DNA of 64,000 nt from an uncultured Rickettsiales bacterium (GTDB lineage: Bacteria > Pseudomonadota > Alphaproteobacteria > Rickettsiales > UBA8987): assembly GCA_964445765.1 (NCBI GenBank), contig CAYULD010000003.1, positions 76,571 through 140,570 on the forward strand, read 5' to 3'. Position 1 is the first letter of the stretch. Each line of letters starts with the position of its first letter. Positions 1-8,684 of the stretch are shown piece by piece. The translations under genes and the position numbers were made by a program. The notes below the pieces were generated by a model. That model was not told the origin of the DNA and did no database searches. It was given only the letters and a program-made list of their open reading frames with translations.

Positions 1-1
1 G

Positions 2-1687
2 GATTGTGGTATAGGAAAATGCTGTATAAATAAACAATGTGTTTTGTGTGGAGGGGAAACTGATCAGCCTTGCTCCAATCCATCAGATTGTTTAAGTGGA
101 AAAACATGTTGTAATGGTTTGTGTGTTGACACAGGAAGTTTAATAAGTGGTAATTGTAATGATTTACAATGTGATCCAACTTCTAGACCTTGTGCTATGG
201 GCTTTGTATGTTGCAATGGCGTTTGCGAAGAGACAAAAATAAACACATTTGGTAAAGTTGATGGTATTGCAGGTACTTTGGCAAAAGGTGGTGGTGATTT
301 AACGATTGAAGGTTTATCAGAGATTCCTATTTCTTCTGGAGGTGGAGAGGGTTCGGGAGAGCAAGGTTCTATAGCTGGCGATTTAGCTATTACTATAACT
401 CAGCAAGATTTGTGCAATACATGTCAAAGTTCGCAAGATTGCATCGGTGGATTTTGTTGTAATGGAATTTGTAGCCAATCCCTATGTACTAATTTTTGTG
501 GCTCTGATATAGATTGTTCAGATCCAGCTACTCCATTTTGTTGTGGAAATGTATGTCAAGCTGCACCTTGCTCTTGTTCAAATAATTCACAATGTCCATC
601 TAGCTCTCCAAATTGCTGTAATGGAACTTGCAGTCAAGCACCTTGCTCTTGTTCAAATAACTCTCAATGCCCTTCAGGAATGAGTTGTTGTAATAATGTT
701 TGTCAAGTTGGAACTTGCTCTTGTTCAAATAACTCTCAATGCCCTAGCAATAAACCATATTGTTGTGGTGGAAGTTGTCAGTCACAAAATTGTTGCACTA
801 ATAATTCTCAATGTCCGAATGGTCAATGTTGTAATGTAAATAATGGTCAATGTTCATCATCTTATTGTGTTCCTAGTTGTTGTTCAACAGATTCATGCTG
901 TAGCCAAAATTGTCCGGGCTATAATGAGTTTGAGTGTGCGTGTGAAGAGGATCCGTGTATAAGTGGTTTGTGTTCAAATTATAATTTTTGTTTATGCAAT
1001 CCAAATTTATGTAACGGCTCATCTAGTTCTTCAGGTGGTTCAAGCAGTGGTTCTTCAACATCTACCTCATCTAGTTCTTCGGGTGGTAATGGATGTGGTG
1101 CACCTAATTATCAATGTAATAATTATACAATACAAAGTTATAGCTGTGGCTCTCAAGGTTGTTGCGCTCAGGTGGGCTCAATATTTTGGACTAATGCACC
1201 AGACCCTTGTTCAAATACGGTTGGTACAAATTTTCAATTTGAAACTAATATTTCAAACAATTCAGTTATAACATCAGGAAATATAGATGGCTTAAATTGG
1301 GAGTTTAGATTTGGGGGTGTTATCACAAATAATTGCCCTAGTTGCACTGTTCAGCCAATGTGTGCTTTTGTAATTACAAATACTTGTAATGTTATAACAC
1401 AAGATGATCCAGATAATGGAATTTATAGCTTCCCTGTAACTTGTAAATTTGGCGTTGATTATTCTCAAGCAACAATTGTTGAAACTAATATAAATACGGC
1501 AAATCAAGGAAGTGAGCATTGTTCACTTGCAATTAAGTGGAAGAGGGTTCCTGCTGAAAATGGTGTTTGGGCTAGTGCTACAACCACGCAATGTGGCTCA
1601 TCAGGCTGTGGACAATTAGATGGTTTTTGTAGAAATAGCTTCCAAAAATTCCCGATGTATCCTTTAATGTGCACTAATTCTCCTTGA
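2..1687 (+). CDS. Cysteine-rich modular repeat protein, 5'-partial (continues upstream of window)
   Basis: The frame is open from nt 2 (DCGIGKCCINKQCVLCGGE...), so the TTG at 44 in the ORF track is not the real start. About 1 residue in 6 is Cys. At least 9 modules have the form C-x5-C-x4-7-CC-x3-C, followed by a Ser/Gly linker and a Cys-containing C-terminal domain. TGA stop at 1685-1687. Confidence 0.8.
   Translation, partial: DCGIGKCCINKQCVLCGGETDQPCSNPSDCLSGKTCCNGLCVDTGSLISGNCNDLQCDPTSRPCAMGFVCCNGVCEETKINTFGKVDGIAGTLAKGGGDLTIEGLSEIPISSGGGEGSGEQGSIAGDLAITITQQDLCNTCQSSQDCIGGFCCNGICSQSLCTNFCGSDIDCSDPATPFCCGNVCQAAPCSCSNNSQCPSSSPNCCNGTCSQAPCSCSNNSQCPSGMSCCNNVCQVGTCSCSNNSQCPSNKPYCCGGSCQSQNCCTNNSQCPNGQCCNVNNGQCSSSYCVPSCCSTDSCCSQNCPGYNEFECACEEDPCISGLCSNYNFCLCNPNLCNGSSSSSGGSSSGSSTSTSSSSSGGNGCGAPNYQCNNYTIQSYSCGSQGCCAQVGSIFWTNAPDPCSNTVGTNFQFETNISNNSVITSGNIDGLNWEFRFGGVITNNCPSCTVQPMCAFVITNTCNVITQDDPDNGIYSFPVTCKFGVDYSQATIVETNINTANQGSEHCSLAIKWKRVPAENGVWASATTTQCGSSGCGQLDGFCRNSFQKFPMYPLMCTNSP
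560..845. repeat. Tandem 72-75 nt coding repeats (24-25 aa units CSCSNNSQCPxxxxxCCNxxCxxxx)
   Basis: The near-identical string ccttgctcttgttcaaataa recurs at about 566, 641 and 714. A diverged fourth unit lies at about 790-845. Confidence 0.85.
1013..1093. repeat. Low-complexity Ser/Gly-coding tract (NGSSSSSGGSSSGSSTSTSSSSSGGNG)
   Basis: Seen directly in the translation. It separates the Cys-module region from the C-terminal domain. Confidence 0.85.
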
Positions 1688-1732
1688 AATTACTCAACAT
1701 CTTAGATAGAAATTTCTTAAAAAAATCCAATT

Positions 1733-2632
1733 ATGAAATTTGTTGCAACTATAATTGCTGATGATAGCTTTTTGCTAAATCAATCAGAGATAAACTATAT
1801 TGTTGATATGCTTCAACACAATAATGCAATAGTTGAAGATGTAAAAATTTTGGCGGAAAGCAAAGCCTGCGATATTTATTTTTCATATCTAAAAGCAAAT
1901 GAAGCTAGGGAAATTCTAAAAGAGCTTCTAAAAAATGTTAAACTAGATTTTATTGTGCAGGGTTCTGAAGGAAGGAAGAAAAAACTCTTTATTTCTGATA
2001 TGGATTCCACAATTATAAACCAAGAATGTATTGATGAAATTGCTGATTGCTTAGGTATTAAAGATAAAATTTCAGCAATAACAGAAAGGGCAATGAATGG
2101 CGAGCTTGATTTCAAATCAGCATTGCGGGAGCGTGTAGCCCTCTTAAAAGGTCTTGATGAAAGTGAATTGCAAAAAGTTTTTGATAACAAAATTACACTA
2201 ATGAAAGGTGCAAAAACGCTTGTTCAAACTATGAAAAATAATGGTGTTAAATGTATTTTAGTTTCTGGTGGTTTTACATTTTTTACTTCACGAATAAAAG
2301 AAATTTGTGGCTTTGATTTAGATGAATCAAATATTCTAGAAATTGAAAATGGTAAATTAAAAGGCACAGTTAGAGAGCCAATTCTTGATAGCACATCAAA
2401 ACTAAATGCACTTAATTTTTATTGTGAAGAATTAAAAATATCAAATTTTATGGCTTTAGCTGTTGGTGATGGTGCAAATGATATTCCAATGATAAAAAAT
2501 GCAGGGCTTGGCATTGCCTTTCACGCTAAACAAAAAGTTAGAAATGAAACTATTCATCATATTAATATTCCAGATTTAACCCATTTATTATATGCACAGG
2601 GTTATAACAAATCTGAATTTGTAGAGGGATAA
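1733..2632 (+). CDS. serB: Phosphoserine phosphatase
   Basis: HAD motif I FISDMDSTII, later GDGANDIPM, N-terminal ACT-like region, 299 aa. Confidence 0.88.
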   Translation: MKFVATIIADDSFLLNQSEINYIVDMLQHNNAIVEDVKILAESKACDIYFSYLKANEAREILKELLKNVKLDFIVQGSEGRKKKLFISDMDSTIINQECIDEIADCLGIKDKISAITERAMNGELDFKSALRERVALLKGLDESELQKVFDNKITLMKGAKTLVQTMKNNGVKCILVSGGFTFFTSRIKEICGFDLDESNILEIENGKLKGTVREPILDSTSKLNALNFYCEELKISNFMALAVGDGANDIPMIKNAGLGIAFHAKQKVRNETIHHINIPDLTHLLYAQGYNKSEFVEG

Positions 2633-2639
2633 TAGGCGA

Positions 2640-3665
2640 TTATAACTCTTCTAAGCTCCACCTAGCTTTTGGGGTAAAATCTAAATTATGCTTAATATTC
2701 ATTCTAAATTTTTCAAGGCCTGCCCAAGCAATCATTGCGGCGTTATCAGTGCATAATTTTAATGGTGGTGCGTAAAATTTAAGCCTATTTTCATTACAAA
2801 AATTTTGTAAATTTGCGTTAATATATTTATTTGCCGCCACACCACCTGAAATAATAAAATTTTCTAAATTTGGGTTTATCTCTCTTGCTAATTCAACGGC
2901 TTTTTTACTTCTATCAATAATAATATCGCTTGTAGTTTTTTGAAAAGATGCACAAATATCTGCAATTAATTTATCATTAAAATCTTCTTTTCTCAATTTT
3001 TCTACCTCTCTTAAAACTGCTGTTTTTAAGCCTGAGAATGAAAAATCACAATTATTACTTCCAAATAATGGCTTAGTAAATTTGAAAGAATTTTCATCAC
3101 CATTTTTGGCAAGTTTTTCAATTATTGGCCCACCGGGATAACCAAGCCCAAGTAATTTAGCGGTTTTATCAAAGGCCTCACCGGCTGAATCATCAAGGGT
3201 TTGCCCTAATATTTTATAATCTCCTAAATGATTACAATAAATAAATTGGCAATGACCACCAGAAACTAACAATAAAAGAAACGGAAATTCAACCGCATCA
3301 GTTAGCCTACAAGTTAGTAAATGCCCTTCTAAATGGTTGATGCAAATTAAAGGCTTATTTGATGCAACTGCAAGGCCTTTTGCAGTCATCAGACCCACAA
3401 TTAAGCCCCCGATTAAACCCGGGCCAGCAGTTACTGCAATAGCATCTATATCATTTAATTTACAATTTGCTTGGCTTAAAGCCTCATCAATTACCACTGA
3501 GATTTTATCAATATGCGCACGAGAAGCAATTTCAGGCACTACACCGCCATAAATTTTATGCTCATCAACTTGAGAATAAATTATATTTGATAAAATATTT
3601 CTTTTATCATCAACTATTGCACAAGCTGTTTCATCGCAACTTGTTTCTATTCCAAGAATTTTCAT
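2640..3665 (-). CDS. tsaD: tRNA N6-adenosine threonylcarbamoyltransferase
   Basis: MKILGIETSCDETACAIV start, HLEGHLL motif, GGVAAN, 341 aa. Confidence 0.93.
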   Translation of the reverse strand: MKILGIETSCDETACAIVDDKRNILSNIIYSQVDEHKIYGGVVPEIASRAHIDKISVVIDEALSQANCKLNDIDAIAVTAGPGLIGGLIVGLMTAKGLAVASNKPLICINHLEGHLLTCRLTDAVEFPFLLLLVSGGHCQFIYCNHLGDYKILGQTLDDSAGEAFDKTAKLLGLGYPGGPIIEKLAKNGDENSFKFTKPLFGSNNCDFSFSGLKTAVLREVEKLRKEDFNDKLIADICASFQKTTSDIIIDRSKKAVELAREINPNLENFIISGGVAANKYINANLQNFCNENRLKFYAPPLKLCTDNAAMIAWAGLEKFRMNIKHNLDFTPKARWSLEEL

Positions 3666-3735
3666 AAATTTCTAGTTGTAAAAAAAACTATTTTTAGTAA
3701 CTAATTATATTAAGTTTAACCTTGTTATTATAGCT

Positions 3736-4191
3736 TTGCCAACACATTTCAATAAAATAAACTCAAAACATAATGCGGAAAAAATTTTCAACATAATTGC
3801 TGATGTTGAAAAATATCCAGAGTTTTTGCCTTGGGTTGCTGGTGCTAGAATTATTGAAAATAATATTAACGAAAATTATTTTATTGCTGAATTATTGGTA
3901 AAGTTCAAGATGTTTAGCCACAAATATTCTTCAAAAGTTACTTTAACTAAGCCAAAAGATGATGATGGGGTGAAAAGCTATAAAGTTAAAACTGATTTAG
4001 TATCTGGGCCTTTCAAATATTTATATAACAACTGGATTGTTACTGCTAAAGAAAATAATGAAACCGAAGTTATTTTTGAATTAGATTTCAAATTTGAAAA
4101 TATGTTACTAGAAAAATTAATTGGCAGTTTATTTGATAAGGCAACTAAGAAGATGACAGATGCATTCTTAAAACGAGCGGATAATTTATAA
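3736..4191 (+). CDS. SRPBCC/START-fold protein of the RatA/Coq10 type
   Basis: VEKYPEFLPWV motif near the N-terminus, about 150 aa, TTG start. Confidence 0.7.
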   Translation: MPTHFNKINSKHNAEKIFNIIADVEKYPEFLPWVAGARIIENNINENYFIAELLVKFKMFSHKYSSKVTLTKPKDDDGVKSYKVKTDLVSGPFKYLYNNWIVTAKENNETEVIFELDFKFENMLLEKLIGSLFDKATKKMTDAFLKRADNL

Positions 4192-4197
4192 AATTTT

Positions 4198-4446
4198 ATG
4201 GAAGATTTAATTTACAATGCTTTTGGATTAATTGGTGTGGGTTTAATAATTCTTGCCTATTTATTATTGCAAGCTGGAAAAATGAAAGCAGATGAAATTG
4301 CCTATCCAACCCTAAATTTAATTGGTGCAATACTTCATATTATCTCACTAATAAAATTTTGGAATTTTGCCAGCCTAGTTATTGAAATATTCTGGATTGC
4401 AATTAGTGTTTATGGAATTTGGAAAATAAAATTTAGAAAAATTTAA
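4198..4446 (+). CDS. Small three-helix membrane protein, function unknown
   Basis: 82 aa with three hydrophobic segments. Starts 7 nt after the previous gene. Confidence 0.55.
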   Translation: MEDLIYNAFGLIGVGLIILAYLLLQAGKMKADEIAYPTLNLIGAILHIISLIKFWNFASLVIEIFWIAISVYGIWKIKFRKI

Positions 4447-4448
4447 TT

Positions 4449-5852
4449 TTATTTGATAAATAATTTATCAAGCTGGATTGTAGTTGCGTAATATTTTGAA
4501 ATAGTTTTTAGATAATCAAGTTTAGCTAATATATTATTTATTTTTGCTATAGCTGTTTTTTCTTCACGCAAATTAACTACAAAAAAATCTGAAGCACCAT
4601 TTGAAAATCTTTTCATTTCAGCTTCTTCCATTCTTTTTGCCAATAAAACTTCTTCCTCAGTAATGCTTTGTTTTTCAACATTTGCCTCAAGATCAACTTT
4701 AATTGAAGAGATTTCAGCGTTAATTTTTTCAAGTAATAATTGCTTTTGCTTTTCAAGCTGAGAAATATTTGCTCTTGCCTCTGTAATCTGCCCTTCACCA
4801 AGCCTTTGTTGAAGTGGTATTGAAACTTTTGCCATTATATTTGCTTCTTCATCTGCTAAAGTTGGGCTGCCTCTACCCCTATCTTTTGATGCCTCAACCG
4901 CAATATCAAACCTTGGGTTAATGGCGTTTTCACCCATTAAGATTTTATTTTTTTGAATTTCAATTTCTGATATTAAAATTTTAATATCGGGGCGAATTTC
5001 ATTGAAATCAAAATCTAGTTTTTTCTTTTTATCATAAGAAATTTTTTCAAAATTATTAGGTAGATTTTCTTTCCCAGCAATTACAGGGTTGCCTGCCTCA
5101 TCACGATAGAATAAAGATAATTCAAAGGCTTGATTATTCAAAATTCTTTCAGATTCAACAAGTTGAGATTTTCTTTTTAGAATATTTTGCCTATTTTCGG
5201 TGAGGAAAATTTTTGCTAAATCGCCCCTCTTAACCCTTTCTTCAAATGCAGATTGCCTCTTTTCTGCAATTTCTAAAAGGTTTTTATAAACATAATAAAT
5301 TAAACCAGCACTAAGCCAATTATAATATGCGTTAAAAGCCTGATATTGAATAGTTACTTGCGTAAATATTTTTTCATACTCTGCTTGTTTTAGTGCAATT
5401 TGTGATGAAATAAGGTTAAACCTTGGCGTATCAATTGCCCTATCCCTTAGTAAAGAAAACATAAGCCCAATACTATATTCGCCATTTTCATTGGTGTTAA
5501 ATTCATCTTCATAAATTGGGAATGTGCCATCAGAAACTTTATAACCAGTATATATTTTTGAACCAAACTCAGGAAGCCTTTTTTCTAGTTTAGAATCAAC
5601 CACCCTGCCATCATAAAAGCCACTAGCTTTAGAAAATAGATTTTGATTGAATTCTAAATCAAAAAAGCCTTCTTTAGATAAAACCTCACCTTGCTTTTGT
5701 TTGATTTTTTCTTGAGCTTCTAAGATTTTAGGATAATTTTTAACTGAAGAAGAAAGCACATCTTCAAGCTGAAGAGGCTTTGCAATTGAGTTACTGCTAA
5801 AAATTATTGAAAAAAATAATAAGAAAAAAATATGTAAAATTAAATGTTTCAT
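4449..5852 (-). CDS. TolC-like outer membrane efflux protein
   Basis: Signal peptide MKHLILHIFFLLFFSIIFSSNSIA, long coiled regions, 467 aa. Its start overlaps the stop of the upstream membrane-fusion gene by 4 nt. Confidence 0.72.
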   Translation of the reverse strand: MKHLILHIFFLLFFSIIFSSNSIAKPLQLEDVLSSSVKNYPKILEAQEKIKQKQGEVLSKEGFFDLEFNQNLFSKASGFYDGRVVDSKLEKRLPEFGSKIYTGYKVSDGTFPIYEDEFNTNENGEYSIGLMFSLLRDRAIDTPRFNLISSQIALKQAEYEKIFTQVTIQYQAFNAYYNWLSAGLIYYVYKNLLEIAEKRQSAFEERVKRGDLAKIFLTENRQNILKRKSQLVESERILNNQAFELSLFYRDEAGNPVIAGKENLPNNFEKISYDKKKKLDFDFNEIRPDIKILISEIEIQKNKILMGENAINPRFDIAVEASKDRGRGSPTLADEEANIMAKVSIPLQQRLGEGQITEARANISQLEKQKQLLLEKINAEISSIKVDLEANVEKQSITEEEVLLAKRMEEAEMKRFSNGASDFFVVNLREEKTAIAKINNILAKLDYLKTISKYYATTIQLDKLFIK

Positions 5853-6898
5853 TTTTTCTTATTTTCCTCTTTATTAGAAACATTATTAATCGGCGGAAAG
5901 TTATTGAGCCTACGCCATAATTCATATCCAAGGCTTACGGTATCAAGTAATATCCAACCATTTGCTTTTGCACCAAATCTCAGGAAGTTTGAATCTGGCC
6001 AAGGGTCTTTAGGGTCTTCGGTAATAATAACTCTAAATAAACCATTTGGTGAAACAGATTTATCAACAACATTAACCTCACCGCCAAAAGTGCCAACTGC
6101 TACAGAAGGCCAACCACTAAATTGAATAGCTGGCCAACCTTCAAATTGCAGGCGAGCCTTACGCCCTTTATAAACAAGTGGGGCATCTCTACCGCTTATA
6201 TAGATTTCAACAGCAGGTTTAACGCCCTCTGGAACAAAGGTTGCAAGCACATCCCCCTCTTTAATAAAAGTGGAAATATCACCTGCTAGAATACTAACAA
6301 CAACCCCATCTCTAGGTGCTTTTAGAAGCTGAGAAGCCTGCCTTGATAATTTAACTTCTGCCTGCGTGAACTCTGCAAAAGTTGCAGCCTGCTTAGAAAG
6401 CAACTCTTTATATTTTATTTTGGCTTTTTCAATTTCTTTGCGAGAGCTTAAATCTTTCTTAAATAATTCTTGTTGCCTAACAAAATCATTATTAGCAGTT
6501 TCGGCAGCAATTCTAGTGGCTTCCCATTTTTTTTCTGCGGCGTCTCTTTCTGCTTTTAGCCTTTGTAAAATTCTTGGGTCAATATCAACAATTTCAACTA
6601 TTGGATCACCCTTTTTAACCTCTGCACCCTCTCTAACATACCATTTTTTAATTCTACCATTTACCATTGCGTTTAGGTTTTGAAGCCTATCTTCAGGGTA
6701 AAAACTTGTAACCGTTCCAGCACCAGAAGTTGTTTGAACCCAAGGTGTAAAAACTAAAAACAAGGTAAAAACTAAAATTGTAACCTTTATTATATTAGAA
6801 ATTGATCTCGCAACTTTAGGAGTTTTAATAGAGTTATATGTTTTGAAATAAACATTATATTTTGGATTAAACTGAGATTTTTTAGCAAGTTCTTTCAT
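5849..6898 (-). CDS. HlyD-family membrane fusion (periplasmic adaptor) protein
   Basis: N-terminal TM helix, lipoyl-like GRIKKWYVREGAEVKKGDPIVEI, coiled coil, then APRDGVV beta-barrel segment. Confidence 0.82.
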   Translation of the reverse strand: MKELAKKSQFNPKYNVYFKTYNSIKTPKVARSISNIIKVTILVFTLFLVFTPWVQTTSGAGTVTSFYPEDRLQNLNAMVNGRIKKWYVREGAEVKKGDPIVEIVDIDPRILQRLKAERDAAEKKWEATRIAAETANNDFVRQQELFKKDLSSRKEIEKAKIKYKELLSKQAATFAEFTQAEVKLSRQASQLLKAPRDGVVVSILAGDISTFIKEGDVLATFVPEGVKPAVEIYISGRDAPLVYKGRKARLQFEGWPAIQFSGWPSVAVGTFGGEVNVVDKSVSPNGLFRVIITEDPKDPWPDSNFLRFGAKANGWILLDTVSLGYELWRRLNNFPPINNVSNKEENKKK

Positions 6899-6910
6899 AG
6901 GCTTTTTTAA

Positions 6911-8593
6911 CTATACATTTTGCTTTTTAAGTTCTTCAATCGTGTCAAAAAATTTAGCTTCTTGCCAACCTAAATGCATAAATTTATCAAAAGTTCTTAA
7001 GTTAATTCTATTAGTAAAATAGATTAGAGTTAGATTTTCTATTTTGGATAGACGCTCCATAATTCTTTCTCTTCTGGCATTGGCAACCATATCAAAAAGC
7101 TCACCAATAATAAGAATTTTAGGTTTTGAAATAAACGCACCAGCCAGTTTTAGCCTTATAACTTCTGGGTGAGATAAAGGAAAGCCAGTATGCGTGATTT
7201 TAGTATTAATACCATCTTTTAGGCTTTCAATAGTGTTATAAACTTCAAACATTTTTAGGGTTTCAAATATTTCAGTTCGTGAAGCATTAGGCGCACAAAA
7301 TTTCATAAATTGATAAATTGTTCCCTCTAGCAAAAATGCATTATCAACTATTGAAATATTATTACGATAATTATGAATTTCAAAATCATAAATATCATTA
7401 TCATTAATTAAAACCCTGCCTTTTATGGGCTCAACATAACGATTTAACGAATCAATAAAAGTTTTTTCAACAACATATGATGCAGAGCTTGCTAAGATTT
7501 TTAGGTTTTCAGGAATTGCAAAATTAAGAAGAATTTTTTGATCTCTATAGCTAAACTCTGCATTTTCAAATAATATATTTTTTGAGCAAGCATCTAATAT
7601 TTTATCGCCAGTTTCTTTTTCAAGAGGAACATCAAATAAGTGGGTTATTTCTTCAACGGCAGCACATAGCCTATAATAAAGTTTTAAGTAGCCACCAGCT
7701 TTTGATAAAGCATAAAATATTGCGGATAGAATAAGCTCTGAGGCGACTAATTGCCCAAGCGTTAATTGATTTGCAATTACAAGCGAGCCGCCAATTCCAA
7801 GCAGAGATGCACTAAACACTGCATAAAGCAGGAAGAAAACCACTGATTGAGAGAAAACTTGCTTAAAATGCCTTTTCTTATAGTCATTATATTTCCATAC
7901 TAATTCATCTGACTTTTTTAGAGCATAAACAATACTTCTTTCAGACTTAAAATTGCTATTAATTCTAGCAATTTCTTCTAGCCATTTAGCAACATTATAT
8001 TTTGATTTTGAAAGGCTAATTGCCGTTCTAATTGAGGGCATTCCCCAAATTTTAATTACAATAAAAATTGAAGCAATTAAAATTATGTTGAAAATTAATA
8101 ATACGGGGTGATAAAATGAAACAACTAAAATACCAACTATCGTTTGTAAAGTAAGTGCAAAGCCATCTATAAGAAGTTTTGGCATAATTTCTTGCACATT
8201 CATTACATCAAAATAACGATTAATAAGCTCATCTCGGTTAATACTTTCAAAATAAGAATGTTTTGCGTAAATGTTTGTAAGAACAATTTCAGATACAATT
8301 CTGCTAAAAAAATGCCTTTCAAATACTTCTAAAATATACATTTGCAGGGCGTTTAACAAAACATAAAATAATAGCACCACAAATAATATTACTGAAAGCA
8401 CAATAACTGGTCTATAAATTGCTGTATTTGCAACAGCACCAATTAAAGTTTGAACAGCTATAGGAACGGCTAAAGTAAGAATGCTAATTGCAACGCCATA
8501 TACAAGGGCGAGTTTATAAAATTTATGCTCCGGCGATAATACCGCAAGAAGTAAATCAGTAATTTTTACTTTTCTATCGGCTCTAAAATCCAT
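6911..8593 (-). CDS. ABC exporter-like protein (6-TM domain plus NBD fold) with degenerate ATPase motifs
   Basis: 560 aa with type I exporter architecture. The NBD aligns position by position with HlyB-type NBDs, but the Walker A, Q-loop, signature, Walker B and H-loop residues are all substituted. Confidence 0.75.
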   Translation of the reverse strand: MDFRADRKVKITDLLLAVLSPEHKFYKLALVYGVAISILTLAVPIAVQTLIGAVANTAIYRPVIVLSVILFVVLLFYVLLNALQMYILEVFERHFFSRIVSEIVLTNIYAKHSYFESINRDELINRYFDVMNVQEIMPKLLIDGFALTLQTIVGILVVSFYHPVLLIFNIILIASIFIVIKIWGMPSIRTAISLSKSKYNVAKWLEEIARINSNFKSERSIVYALKKSDELVWKYNDYKKRHFKQVFSQSVVFFLLYAVFSASLLGIGGSLVIANQLTLGQLVASELILSAIFYALSKAGGYLKLYYRLCAAVEEITHLFDVPLEKETGDKILDACSKNILFENAEFSYRDQKILLNFAIPENLKILASSASYVVEKTFIDSLNRYVEPIKGRVLINDNDIYDFEIHNYRNNISIVDNAFLLEGTIYQFMKFCAPNASRTEIFETLKMFEVYNTIESLKDGINTKITHTGFPLSHPEVIRLKLAGAFISKPKILIIGELFDMVANARRERIMERLSKIENLTLIYFTNRINLRTFDKFMHLGWQEAKFFDTIEELKKQNV

Positions 8594-8684
8594 TTAATTA
8601 CCAATAAGTTTTAGAAGAAAGTAATCAAAAAATTATATTTTTCAACAATATTGGCAATTAAAATAGATTAAAAATAAATAATAA

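Noticed and set aside
963-1271. 102-aa ORF in an alternative frame of the Cys-rich gene
   Set aside because: It lies wholly inside a much longer ORF with clear repeat and Cys structure. Its composition (Val/Ile/Gln runs) is what off-frame reading of the Cys-module codons gives.
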